Positions 1 to 14,000 of a stretch of DNA of 64,000 nt are shown here, one piece after another. The stretch is from positions 341,000,001 through 341,064,000 of the forward strand of contig OZ024743.1 in the NCBI GenBank assembly GCA_964016885.1, written 5' to 3'. The notes below the pieces were generated by a model. The model saw only the letters and a list, made by a program, of their open reading frames with translations, was not told the origin of the DNA and did not search any database. Made by a program: the position numbers and the translations under genes. The stretch's first letter is position 1, and each line of letters begins with the position of its first letter. Source of the DNA: Eledone cirrhosa (Eukaryota).

Positions 1-20
1 ATGCAAAACCGTCTCTTTTT

Positions 21-76
<56 letters not shown>

Positions 77-159
77 GGAAAAATTTGAACAGGAACAAAA
101 CAGAGAGGCAGTACAACGAATGTTTATTAATTTCACGCTCTGGAGAGTGGGATGTTGGT

Positions 160-200
160 GGGGAACGACGTTTCGGGCATAAGCCCTTCTTCAGGTGAGA
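160..200 (-). ncRNA. Degenerate minimal hammerhead-like motif (Penelope-type)
   Basis: Minus strand reads CTGAAGA-A-GGGC-TTAT-GCCC-GAAA-CGTC. Stem I is only about 2 bp. Lies between (AT)n tracts. Confidence 0.5.
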
Positions 201-345
201 AGTGTGTGGGAACAGAGTTCAAAGGGTGTGTAGGGAGTGGTGGAGAGACATATAGCGAAAGGAAACGGTGCGAATATATATATATATATATACATAAATT
301 AAATAAAAATGCCGTAGGCAGATAAATTAACTGTGGACATATAAA

Positions 346-394
<49 letters not shown>

Positions 395-731
395 AGTACG
401 TGTGTATGTGTGTATGTGTGAATGACAGTGTATTGTATAATTATGCCGTGTAATATAGAATGCCCATTAAATATTCTATATCAATATTCTCTTGGGAAAC
501 GAATTGAAACCAAATTAATAAATTCATTAGCCATATTTCTGCAAATGATCAAGCTTCTCAGGATTCACCTCTTTCTACGCTTCACGAGATTAAATGTGAG
601 GATATATTTATAACGCATAAGAATATCTGTTATCTTGAAATATTTCATTCTAGAATTGTGAAGCTTTTGTAAAATATGTGACTAAGTTACAGATAATCAT
701 GTCAGATAATTAGAAACCTTAATTTCTTAAT

Positions 732-910
732 TGGCAGTATTGGTAGAGAGTCGGACGCCATGCTTTGACGCATAGAGTTACGGCCCTTGCTATTCTGAGT
801 TCAAGTCCCGCCGAGGTTAACTTTGCCTTTCATCCTTACGGGGTCGAGAAAATAAAGTACCAGTAATACACTGGGTAATTGCTGGCCTTGTGCCTAACGT
901 AGAAACAATT
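732..910 (+). mobile_element. tRNA-derived SINE
   Basis: A-box-like TGGCAGTATTGG and B-box-like GAGTTCAAGTCCC. Body and tail (GTAGAAACAATT) match copies at 37781, 38522, 44801 and 58631. Confidence 0.85.
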
Positions 911-914
911 ATAA

Positions 915-1048
915 CCCTTTACTTTTTGAGATCAAATCCAGTTACGGGGTCGATAACATAAGGTACTAGTAATGTACTGGGGTCGATCTAATTGACTTTC
1001 CTCTCCCCCTGAATATGTTGGGCATGTGCCTAAATCAGAAACCATTAT
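915..1048 (+). mobile_element. Degenerate related SINE fragment
   Basis: GGGGTCGATAA...GTACTAGT...TGTGCCTAAATCAGAAACCATT resembles the SINE body and tail. Confidence 0.55.
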
Positions 1049-1078
1049 ATGAAAATAACTTTAATTTATATATATATA

Positions 1079-1222
<144 letters not shown>

Positions 1223-1462
1223 TGTGGAGGTGTTTGCTTTCATGTTCATAATTGTTTCAAGAATTATACCGCGGCCATGCTGCGACACTGCTTTGAATAG
1301 ATTTCGTCGATCCAAACGACGCCACAATATTTAAAAAGCCTGATGCTAATGTTACCGATCTAGTTTTTGCTAAATTACGAGCCCCCCAAAAAACTATAAT
1401 CATACAAACACCCGTTCGCACGTGCAGACACACACAAACACATACATGTATTTACATATGTT

Positions 1463-1516
<54 letters not shown>

Positions 1517-2201
1517 ATAATTACATAAACGGAGAAAGCTATTAACGATACTCCGACTAATTTCCACCTCACTCAACAAACATTAGGAAATACCGGAGTA
1601 TATTCCCAATTAAACGTTTGGGTGCTAACTATATTGTATTGTGTGGATAATTAGCTGTATTATTTTATATGAGATATATTAAAGATCTCATTTCCCAAAC
1701 GAATCGTTTCATTGTAAGATTTCTACATTGTGTGTAAAACTAAATAAGTTATGTAGAAGCTTGTGTATGATCAATGGATTCTAACGCAAGTGGGTTCTTA
1801 TAAATCTTCAGTGGGTGCCCAATAATATTAATATTAATAACTAAATCAATATCAATGTTTAGCGAAAATCACCGTCGCTGGTAGAAGGAACTCTTAGGTT
1901 GTAAGTCCAGCAGTTCTAAAGAAAATCTCACACTGTCCCAAAAATGGGAGGAGGAGGCTACCGCAAAAAATAATATACATGCAGGTCATTGAACTCTGAC
2001 AAGAATTCAAGCCTCGTGCGAAGAACTCAATTGGATATGAAAATATAAATATATGTGTGAACTGTTTAAGGAGACATAGAGATATTTTCTCAGGCAAAAT
2101 AACAGACATGAGATACAGGAACAAACGAACAATATTCATATAAAAAAAATATACATATATATATATATTTGAAAGGAAAGTTGTTTAATATATTGAAAAT
2201 T

Positions 2202-2303
2202 CAATTGGAGTCTTTAAGAAGGTTTATTTACAATAATCAATCATTTGTGAAACCGGTTAAGCTATAAGTCATTGTAAATAAATCTTGTTAAAGACTCCAA
2301 TTG
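2202..2303. repeat. Short inverted repeat (about 33-bp arms) enclosing GAAACCGGTT
   Basis: CAATTGGAGTCTTTAA...TTTATTTACAAT pairs with ATTGTAAATAAA...TTAAAGACTCCAATTG. Confidence 0.75.
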
Positions 2304-2316
2304 CACTCTGAACGCC

Positions 2317-2455
<139 letters not shown>

Positions 2456-3235
2456 AGTGTGTGTGAGAAAGAGAGAGGCATGACATTTATATCATTTAAT
2501 GAGAGTGTTAGAGATAGCAGCTCTATCTCCCTTATTCCCTCATACCAGAAGAGCAAATGAAAAATGTTCTAAGAAATGCGGTCAAGACTATCAAAATAAA
2601 ATGGGATATGTCATAGTTAAACCTCAATTAACCATATATCTGTTCAATCAGATCTGGTTGTATGACAACAACTAAATCCCATTGAAATCCCTCCTTTAAT
2701 ACCATAAAAAAATGAAATGATATTCTGCATAATATAGTTTTAGATACACTCCTCCAGAAAATACAATAAGATGGCTTTGGCTAGAATGCTTTTGTCAATA
2801 AATCTTCTTTTAAAGACAGGTCTGAGTCAGCATAGCAACAACAACTTATCAGCAGCAAAAACACTTTTATAGTACTTAGCAACGGAAGATAGAAGTTCGC
2901 ATAAGTTAGGAAAAAGCTATAACGCATGACAGTTGAAATTACCTTAAATGCCAGCTGTAGAGCTAGTGAGAAATACATTACACTCTTTTTTCACTTTCTA
3001 CCAACCTTTGTATGTATGTATTCTTGGTAGTGAGGTTATAGGAAATATATTCGCTACAATCCCGTTTACTCACATTACTCACTCAATGAGATATGGTTTG
3101 AATGCACAAGCCCTTACAAAATATATATTTGTCATGGAGCAGTCAGAGGGGTTGTCCCGGACCTCTTGCAATTTGCATTTTGCCAATTCCATTAAAAGCA
3201 TCGTGCAGCTATGCATGCTAGTTCTGCATTGCCTC

Positions 3236-3268
<33 letters not shown>

Positions 3269-3371
3269 TGTATGTATGTATGTATGTATGTATGTATGTA
3301 TGTATGTATGTATGTATGTATTTGTATGTATGTATTTACACGCACACACAGACACACACACAGACACACAG

Positions 3372-3436
<65 letters not shown>

Positions 3437-3545
3437 CTAGACCGGGGTACCGAAAAGTTCTAGGCATTAATGTATATATAGCTGTTGTAAGGTGCGTCCG
3501 TAGGCGGTATGCCGTTTGAGAACTCGATGCTCACGCGGAGCAGAG

Positions 3546-3584
<39 letters not shown>

Positions 3585-3684
3585 AAAATAATCAGGATCT
3601 CGACGGCTGAGCTCCGGCCGTTTCGTCAGCAAGATCAGAACTGGTATCTTACCACACTTTCTTTGTTAAATATATATATATTTA

Positions 3685-3720
<36 letters not shown>

Positions 3721-4720
3721 GTATGTGTATGCATGTGTATGTATGTGTGTGTGTCTGTGATAAGAATAAATATTTCGTAGATATGAGTATATTTCTTCGT
3801 ATAAATCGTCCAGTGAAACAAATATAATTTCATATCGAAATCTATGAAAATGTATAAATATTTCAAAAATATCTTAAACGGAATGGCAAGTGGAAAATCT
3901 ATCAAAGTACCTAATCTATACGGAACATCTATACATAGTGTGTATATTCTGTCTTTAATCATGTTTCTTGTGTAATATATATTTGTTTGTGTGTGTATGT
4001 GTCTTCGTATGTATAATTATATGCACACACACAAACATATGTATAAATACATATATATGCGTAAGTGTAAACATCCGATTGACTTCAGAAGCACTGGGAA
4101 GATTGAAACTATTGTCATCCCATAATAATAGTGCACCACTACAAATAGTAGTGGGAAAATGTGGATAATGTACTCTTGATGACGGAAAAAAGCATTCGGG
4201 GGAATTGAACCACGTATCAGTCTCAAGCCGGATGAGCGAATTAATTTATCCTTGGGCATTGTTAATCATGTATGGTGAAATTTCCGAAAGCATCATATAT
4301 CACATGTATGTTTACACTTCGATCTACAGGCTTGAATCATTTAAAAACATCGCAATCTTCTAACACAATAATACGACACGCTTGTGTGAGGTGCATGCTT
4401 CGATTTTTGGCAAACGAGTCAGTCTACATTTTCCTGTCTCCAGCGTGTAATTTACCTGACTTTTTCAACTATAATTTATAGCGATAAATTAGTATTTATG
4501 ACTGGTGTTATATCAATGTAGGTACAAACCTGTGGTTTAAAAGTTCTCTTTACAACAATGGCAATGAGTTCAGCACTATTGTTTAATCTGTTATGTTGGT
4601 GTATCATAGGCAGAGGCTATTCAAATATTATAACAACGTTAAAATGCCTAAAATATTTGGAGGCCCTTCCCCCCCCACACACACACATACACACACACAT
4701 ACACACACATACACACGCAC

Positions 4721-4760
<40 letters not shown>

Positions 4761-5077
4761 TAACATAGGGAAAGAAAGAGAGCTATAGTTATATGGGTTA
4801 TATATATATATATACTATGCATCTATCTATATTATACCTATCTATCTATCTATCTATCTATTTCAAGTTGTAGCTGTCTGATCACAGCTGTTACATAATG
4901 GTTTACCGAAATATATATAATAGTGACTATGAATAAACGAAGTCAATTATGATCTGTTGACTTACACTTCTTGTCTATGAATATACACCGGAGTAAACAG
5001 ACTCACCTGCGCACTTCCTCGTGTGCTCTACCTTGCATACTGAAGTGTCGGTAATTAACCAACACATACTCGAATTA

Positions 5078-5128
<51 letters not shown>

Positions 5129-5159
5129 ATATATTTATTATTATTACTTTATATATATA

Positions 5160-5920
5160 TAAATGGAAAAAATGAAATTTCATTCCCGACGCTTAGTTCG
5201 GCTAATACTTAAATATAAGTATGTATACGTACATACATATATGTATACAGACGTACAGTAGTGTGTATATACATACATACATGCACACATATATACATGT
5301 ACGTATGGGTTTACCGAACATTTATTATAATGCTCGGTTTGTTTGTAAACAAACAGCCCGAATTATTAGCCGTACATTATAATAAATGTTCGGTAAACCC
5401 ATACGTACATGTATATATGTGTGCATGTATGTATGTATATACACACTACTGTACGTCTGTATACATATATGTATGTACGTATAAATACTTATGTTTAAAT
5501 ATCAGCCGTACTCACAAGAGTGAGAAATGAAATTTCATTTTTTCTATTTATCGTTTTCGGTACGCCCGGCCGACTAACTCACTCGATATGCAAATTAGGC
5601 TGCTCAGCCATTAATATGCATAAGGAAAGTATATATTTTCAAACGTTCAATTGACTGACAAGAAGGTATACGGTGCTGATGACAGCTAATAAGCTCGAAA
5701 CTAGTTCATCGTTCTTTTGTCAATGTCGAACAAAATGGCAACGATGGTTGCCGAAAACTGTACGGTTAATAATTCGGGCTGTTTGTTTACAAACATACCG
5801 AGCATTATAATAAATGTTTGGTAAACCCATACGTACATGTATATATGTGTGCATGTATGTATATAATACTACTGTACGTCCGTATACATATATGTATGTA
5901 CGTATACATACTTATATTTA
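5160..5920. mobile_element. Penelope-like terminal-repeat remnant with nested inverted duplications
   Basis: 5160-5330 is inverted at 5377-5550, and 5215-5375 is inverted at 5760-5918. Contains a hammerhead at 5670 and is flanked by (AT)n. Confidence 0.7.
5670..5712 (+). ncRNA. Minimal type I hammerhead ribozyme motif
   Basis: Stem I ACGGTG/CATCGT, core CTGATGA, stem II AGCT-AATA-AGCT, GAAA, palindromic stem III ACTAGT, GUU triplet. Confidence 0.75.
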
Positions 5921-6036
5921 TATATATATATATGCATATTATTAGGTTATGCAAGAAATGCTCAGGATTATCCTGAATGCAGTATATGTATGAATGAAAA
6001 AAAATACTGTTATCTCTGATCGAGAGGTCACATATG

Positions 6037-6117
<81 letters not shown>

Positions 6118-8472
6118 ACGAACTTCGGCAAATTCACACAAGTTATGATATAAAGTTCTACATATTCCGATCGATCTCATATTGACCTGCTTGGATATAT
6201 CATTTCCGTTCAAATTATACACAACTGTGTCATTTGTTTTCATAAGCAGTCTCAGAAATATACTAGGATTCAGAAATAATGGGATTGATTTTGTCTCTTC
6301 ACTTCAACCAGCTATTATTCTGCTAATAGGTTTTAGGTGTTGAATCAGGCCTTGTTTTCATAGCATTTAGTTGCATTTCTTCACATTTCTATGCTTTAAG
6401 TATTCCTTTATTATACGGGTTTGATATTTTCTGGACAGTTTACTTGAAAAGCCCACAGTAATAGGTTTCTTGATCAACGCTTTCTATTCCAAACGTGAGC
6501 TTCAAAATTTACGCATGGATTAAATTATTTCTTTTGACTCTGCTAATTCCTGCCAAGTATTTCTTATACAAAAGCTTCCATTTGATTCACGAAATGTTAC
6601 TAGAGAGAAACAGAGCAGGTTAAATGATAAGGTAAATCATTCTTAGCTGGTTGTTCTGAAAGGTAATTTTATAATAATAGGACTTATTTCTAAGCCGACA
6701 TATCTAAATCCAGAAATATTTGCGATGGTATATAATATTATTGATATGCAAATATAAATCACTGTCCAAGCAGACTTGTTATGGTATGCATCGGAAACAA
6801 TTATTATTGAAGTTCGTACATTTGGGTAATTTCAGACGCCCCTGTTTTTGAAATATATGCGTTATAGAAAAGTGTCAATGTGTTTGTGTATGCACATGAT
6901 TTTACACTTACATTAGCATTTTACCCATTACGATCTTTACTTTAGCGCCTTCCCCTATCCGTAATGGGATTTTGTTTCAGTTATGTTCATGGCTTTCTAT
7001 AATCACACAATTCACTTCGTCACTCTAGCTGCCGACTTTCTATCAATAACATTCTAGATTGGTTATCACCCTCATTCATTACCATTTCCTTCTATATATT
7101 CCTTCAAACATATGTATATTCTCAGTGCCACTATGAATATTAACATTTTGTTTTATCTTCGGCGAAGGCATTGATCGGTACCTCACGTATTTATCTGTAA
7201 TTATGAACTTTACAACTGTCAACAGGGAAATATTACTATAAATTTATTCAAAAGAAATGTGAACTGTTTGACACTATCATAAATTACATTTCGGTATATA
7301 AATACTCATGTCAGTTTTAATACCGCTAGGACTGAACAGTACTCAAATATATATTGCATAATATAAATTTAAGCTGATGGAAGAAAAGAATTTAGAGAAA
7401 TACACCAATTAGCATTGTTACGGGCACGCGATTTATATTTTATATTGAATTGCTCAGTCAATGACAGAAATAGAATGCTACATTGAAACAGGTTTGTTCT
7501 ATATTAGAGAGCTTTCGAAGTATATGAAATCAACAGATAATTACTGGTATTGAAAATTGTTAGCTGTGAGCATTTCATGTTCAAAAATATTAATTTTAAT
7601 TGGACATGCATTGAGCAAGCTAAATGTGTGCGACACGCTTTAAAATGAATGCCTAATATAAAACGAGCAGCCTTGCAAAATTCACACACTTCAGATAAGG
7701 ATTATCTGAACAAGTCACGGGGGTCATTGAGGAAGCCTCAACACGATCATACGACCTATCAAATATAGCGGAAAAAACCTCCCGCAAATCCTAATTTACC
7801 ACTATATAATAGGATCAATACAGGAAATAATTTAGAAATAAATACCCCATCTATATATACGACGTACTACCAAATACCTTATCATTCAGTCACAATATTT
7901 GAATACGCTGTGTCTATAATATAAAGTACTTACACAAACAGATCCAGTATTAGAATTGAATCCATATTGCCGCTGCTGCAAATTTAACTTCCACTCCATT
8001 CTTTCTTTTCGAAATATTGTCACGTACCTGGAAATCTTGTTCATATGATAATGTCGATAATGATGATGATGGTGGTTGTGATGATGTTGATGATGATTAT
8101 AATGAAAAGAAAATTCTATCGGACACGGAAGCGATATGTCGCGTTCACATGCAACATCAAGATATGGACAAATGATATGATGTAATTATAATTCACAAGA
8201 CAATACATTAGCAATCCATCTATATAGAAGGTTGTTTGTGTTTTGAAATTTAGTTTTCTTTTCAGCTAGAAAATTATATGTATAATGTATATATATATAT
8301 ATTACCTACAAGCATGCTTACACAAACGCACGCATACACACACATACACAGACACTCACATATATATACATATATATACACATATATACATATACATACA
8401 CACACACATATATATATACATACACACACGCACACACAGATATATATATATATATATATACATACACACACG

Positions 8473-8550
<78 letters not shown>

Positions 8551-8602
8551 TATTTGTAGTTCGAATATATACTTGCATACACACACACATATATATATAT
8601 AT

Positions 8603-8695
<93 letters not shown>

Positions 8696-8698
<3 letters not shown>

Positions 8699-9377
8699 TG
8701 TTATACATGGGGAGGGTCATATTTGTGTAATATTGCCAGAATTAATAACAGAACACACTCACTGTTTGGTTGGTTTTCGCTTCTGTGTCTTTTATATCGG
8801 TTAATTTAATTTATTCGGTTCTCAATAAACAGAAAAAATGAATGGAATAACAACAACACTGACCTAAGAGAAGTATAAATAAATAAATAAATAAATAAAT
8901 AGATAAATGAATAAATACATACACAAGCACAATAACAACAAACACATATAAACACACACTAGTAAAGATAGAATACATTATCAATACACAGTCACCCAAA
9001 CACGAACACACATTTAACAAAACACTATACACACACGCAAACGCATGCACAAAGAAGACAAACAAATTAACAAATATATAAACAGACTAAATAAAGATGA
9101 CGTAGACATACAATGCAACGGGAGGAAACAATAGCACCACTGACGAGGTTGCAGATGTGCAACGAAAGAACTTTGATAGACTATATATATGTGTTTGTGT
9201 CTATATTGTATCTGTATTTTTGACCGTTGGTCAGTCAATGGCAACATTGAGGACCGAATAAATTAAATTAACCGATATAAAAGACACAGAAGCGAAAACC
9301 AACCAAACAATGAGTGTGTTCTGTTATTAATTCTGGCAATATTACACAAATATGACCCTTCCCAAGTATAACAATAT
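8696..9377. mobile_element. Element with about 130-bp inverted arms and an internal hammerhead (Penelope-like remnant)
   Basis: 8696-8826 is a near-perfect reverse complement of 9246-9377. Flanked by (AT)n. Confidence 0.75.
9134..9178 (+). ncRNA. Hammerhead-like motif
   Basis: CTGACGA-G-GTTGCA-GATG-TGCAAC-GAAA-GAACTT. Homologue at 39591-39636 (minus). Confidence 0.6.
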
Positions 9378-9417
9378 TTGTTTCGACACACGATTTCATA
9401 TCAAAAACCTCGCAAAA

Positions 9418-9482
<65 letters not shown>

Positions 9483-9486
<4 letters not shown>

Positions 9487-10230
9487 GGAAAATAGTAAAA
9501 TCGAATCTCTGGCGGTTTGCAAGTAAATTCGATCTACTTATATGGAATGATGAGTTAGCAAAGCACTCGATAAGTTGTGGCCTTAGAGTAATAACATACG
9601 TTTAAATAGCTTGACAAATCGAACATTGTGGTAGGCGAATCCAACACGCAATATAGACCAAAGCAACGATAGAACTAATCAGGTTGAGAAAAATACACCT
9701 GGACAAATCAAACGATTAATCGTTTAAAGTGCTTCTTTGAATCTGAAATCAAATATCATATATCAGACTTACATGACTGGCAAGCTCGTGGTATTCTTGA
9801 TCGAACGGAGGATTCAGTTTATCAAGAGGGTTTTCATTCTGCCTAGGACCGAAGCTATATGTTGCTGCTATATATATATGCTGCGTATCGTATCTATAGC
9901 TGTCACATGTTAATTCCGGCAAGGGAAATAACCCCCGGTTTTTGGCGGGTCATTCAAAATGTTAGACAAATGAAATATTTTAATTTCCGTTAATCATCAT
10001 GATAAGCTCTCAACTAGATGTTATAAAACAAACATAAATAATTAACCAATCAACAGAATTGTCTAATTAAATTAATTAGTTAATTATTAAATCTAGGAGA
10101 ATAATATAATTGGAAAATAGTAAAATCGAATCTCTGGCGGTTTGCAAGTAAATTCCGGCTACTTATATGAAATGATGAGTTAGCAAAGCACTCGATAAGT
10201 CACCTTAGAGTAATAACATACGTTTAAATA
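9483..10230 (+). repeat. About 125-bp direct repeats (pseudo-LTR-like) at 9483-9608 and 10107-10230
   Basis: AATTGGAAAATAGTAAAATCG...ACATACGTTTAAATA occurs twice. Each copy has a decayed TGATGAGT..ACTCGATA core. Confidence 0.7.
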
Positions 10231-10249
10231 TATATATATATATATATAT

Positions 10250-10549
10250 ATATTGGTAAACGGAATAGAAAATGCTGACAAATTGTTCACAGTTGAAAAA
10301 TGGTTTAATTAGGAATAAAAGAGTATTAGTGATTGTATGGGTTAGTATTCAGTTGTGGTTTTAAGTTTTTAAGTTTTTACCGGTTGCGCATTTCTAAATG
10401 CTTTTCAAAAATAATTTTGAGATAGAGTGTCCGTGCTGTTTGCTCTGATCTGATAACCCATACAATCACTAATACTCTTTTATTCCTAATTAAACCATTT
10501 TTCAACTGTGAACAATTTGTCAGCATTTTCTATTCCGTTTACCAATATA
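10250..10549. repeat. About 95-bp essentially perfect inverted repeat with a 110-bp spacer
   Basis: 10250-10344 is the reverse complement of 10454-10549. The spacer's minus strand reads TTGAAAA-GCATTT-AG-AAATGC-GCAA-CCGGTA, a decayed hammerhead. Confidence 0.85.
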
Positions 10550-10580
10550 TAATAACTTCTGTGTTACACCTCTATTCTTT

Positions 10581-10640
<60 letters not shown>

Positions 10641-10916
10641 CAAGTATATATTCGAATTACAAATACTTTACCCTTAGTAGTTTCATGTTTATCGGTAATC
10701 ATTAGGTGGGGGTGGGGCTGGGGTGGCATCAGATGATAGAAGAATAATGTTCACAACTATTCACGAATGGTTCGAACAAAGTTGTTGTCTCTGCCATTTC
10801 ACTTCGATAGTTCCAGTGATTAATTGAATTATTTTTCAGAACATTTCAAAGAATAGGCAACCGTAGTTACGTGAGGTGAGATATGTATTAAATATCTCTA
10901 TATACCCGTCTCTCTC

Positions 10917-11002
<86 letters not shown>

Positions 11003-11056
11003 TTATACAAATATACCAAAACAGAAAAACTGTCACCATCAATAACAAATTATATT

Positions 11057-11102
<46 letters not shown>

Positions 11103-11283
11103 TGTATTATGTATACAGTAAAACCTTTTATAGTTATATATATTTTAAGCCCTAAACAGTGAAAGACAGTAATTTATTACTACCTTATTACCAGTAAGAT
11201 AAAAAATAGCTCAATGTAATAACATCCGTTGTTCTACAGAGCAGTTATATAGAAATTACCTGAATCAAAGTTCTGTTCATGTA

Positions 11284-11362
<79 letters not shown>

Positions 11363-11365
<3 letters not shown>

Positions 11366-11445
11366 ACGAGTAGGACCCCGACGGCTGAGCTCAAGCCGTT
11401 TCGACGGCTAATTCTGGACTCGGCCGTCGGGTCCTACTCGTTCCT
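11363..11445 (-). ncRNA. Hammerhead-shaped three-way junction lacking the CUGA box
   Basis: Long stem I (GAGTAGGACCC/GGGTCCTACTC), stem II GACGGC/GCCGTC, GAAA, stem III CGGC/GCCG then TC. Related fragments at 3595-3650 and 39738-39800. Confidence 0.5.
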
Positions 11446-11624
11446 ATTACCCACTCTATTACCCTAAGTATTAAGTACTTTGGTGCGTTATGGTCCACCT
11501 GGTTCCTTAGCACATTTCTTTGGTTATATATATATATATACATATTTCGTTTCTGAATTTGTTTAGCAAGTATAACAATATATATATATATATATATATA
11601 TTGTTATATTGTTTAGCAAAGTAT

Positions 11625-11699
<75 letters not shown>

Positions 11700-12413
11700 T
11701 ATATATATATGTTTATGCGTGTGCGTGTGAATGTGGATTTGTACACATACGCTAACTGACATATATGTAGACATATATATATATATATGAGAGAGATGGA
11801 GAGAGTGCAAAAAAGAAACGAGTGACGGAGTGGGAAATAGCCATATGTGTGTTTTTGTTTGTGCTTGCATTTACGTATGCGTCTTTATATCCAATTCGCG
11901 TATTTTTGTCGAGACGAACATCTTTTGAAAATAGATACGCTAAAACTGTGTTTTTACTATATCATTTTGCAACACGAGACTATGTTATATAGCCGTTTCG
12001 TGTTATCATGTAAATTTGATGTTACGCGATAACCTAGATGATCGTTTATATTACGTTATTTACCTTTTTCTACCATAGTGAGACACCACACTAAACGTGA
12101 TTTAGATAATGATAGCGTCTCCAAATTCGCTGCTCTGTTTTGCATATATTTTATCAGTCTGTATTCATCTGTTTTTCTTCGGCACGAGGATTAATCAGTA
12201 ATTCCTTGCCCATAACCTAATACGTACGTTCAATTGCCGACAGGCACGCATAAACACGCACATAGAGAAAAGCGCAAACATACACACCCACATGCAGAGA
12301 TAGATAGATAGATAAATAGAGAGAAAGGGACAGGGATGGAGAGAGAGGGAGATAGAGAGAGAGATAAATAGATAGATAGATAGATATATAGAGATAGATA
12401 GATAGATAGATAG

Positions 12414-12461
<48 letters not shown>

Positions 12462-12672
12462 ATAATTATCACATATGGATGATACTTATTCAATAACGGA
12501 AAATCAATAATTGTAATTGGTCATTGCCTTATATATTTATTCTATCGCGACGTCCACGAAAAAACTCTTGACATGTTTCGGTATTAAGGAACCAACGAAT
12601 AAACTAAAGTTTATAATAAAATGGAAATATATGTGGAGTTGGCCTTCGTATTGGTCCACATACTCAATACAA

Positions 12673-12760
12673 TAATTGTTTCTACTTTTGGCACAAGGCC
12701 AGCAATTACTCAGTACATTACTGGTACTTTATTTTATCGACTTCGTAAGGATAAAAGGCA
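12673..12760 (-). mobile_element. SINE 3' fragment
   Basis: Reverse complement of the SINE tail and body. Confidence 0.75.
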
Positions 12761-12859
12761 GTGAATATTTAATAATGATTTTATTTTTTTTCATAACATA
12801 ATTACTACTTAATAACGGTTTAGATTTTGCTCGTTCGTTTGTGCGCATCAGCAACATGG

Positions 12860-14000
12860 AATATGATGACCTCATATTCCACGCCCGCAGAATCCTCCTA
12901 TTTGATAACGGTACTATTTGGGTAAATATATCTGATCTTGATGACTTTTTTGATGACTCCATGGAGTCCTATGACAGTTCTGATGTCGTAACGGCTTATA
13001 CATTCTTCATACGCTAAAGACTATATTCCCCAATCACTCCTTTGGTCTATACCGTGACGATGGTCTTTCGATTTCACATGGTTGCAACGGACAGACGCCT
13101 GACAGATTCCGTAAACATTTAATTGGCATTTAATTGACATCTTTCGTAACTAGGACTTAAAATTACTGTTGATACAAATGTTAGTAATGCAAATTTCCTT
13201 CAAGTAAATTTAGATTTTACCACGTCATATAAACAATGCTATAAGCCTAACGAAAAATTGAAATATATCAAGAAGGCAACATACCACGCACCTGCTGTTT
13301 TAAAAAAAATTTAGTTTCTAATATCAATCTATTAACAACCAGGTATATCTTTCATTAGGCTGCCCCTTACTACAAACAAGGCCTCCTAAATTGTTGTTTT
13401 AAATGACAAAATTAAGTATACATCCAGTCATTCCCAAACATACTAAAAAACTAATTGAAAAAGAAGAATTATCTGGTTCGCAGATAGACATTTCGCGCCA
13501 CAACATAGAAACAATAAAGTAATCAATCGCAATCCTATTCATGTGGACCGTCAATGAGATTAAACATAAGTTGAAGGAATATATTCGACGTTAATCCGAG
13601 CTGCTCTTGTAGGGTCAAAGAGAACTGCTTTCTCCAATAGAAATGTAATATAAAATCCGTTGTGTATAAGGCAAAGATTGCACCCAACAACACAGAAAAT
13701 TCTAAAGTTAGCGAAAGATATGACAATATGGTAAAAGATCATTTTAAACAACGTCTTTACAAGCATCTCCACCTCTTCAGGAAACCTGATCTGAAAACTA
13801 GTAAAGACCCGGCAAAAAAATGTGTGGCAATTGAAGGTGAGAGGAGTCCCCAAAGATCCAGCCCTGGCACCAAGATATGCCGTCTAATATTACAAGGTTT
13901 GTCGTATCCGAACAATATTTATTTGAACCCAAAGACAAAAATATTAGAGGATGCCTCCATCACAAAACTTAACTGCTTGCCAAATGGAAATACTCAACAA
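12860..14000 (+). pseudogene. Decayed Penelope-like element (RT plus GIY-YIG endonuclease)
   Basis: Motifs in shifting frames: FDDSMESYDS (cf. FDVTMGSYDG), GLYRDDGL at 13044-13067, NFLQVNLD, YKPN, IIWF, VYKAKI, FKQRLYKH. Confidence 0.8.

Noticed and set aside
6160-6420. Possible LINE RT tail (MQLNAMKT; YNLNGNDI...SIGI) on minus
   Set aside because: Motifs too degenerate to support without a profile search.
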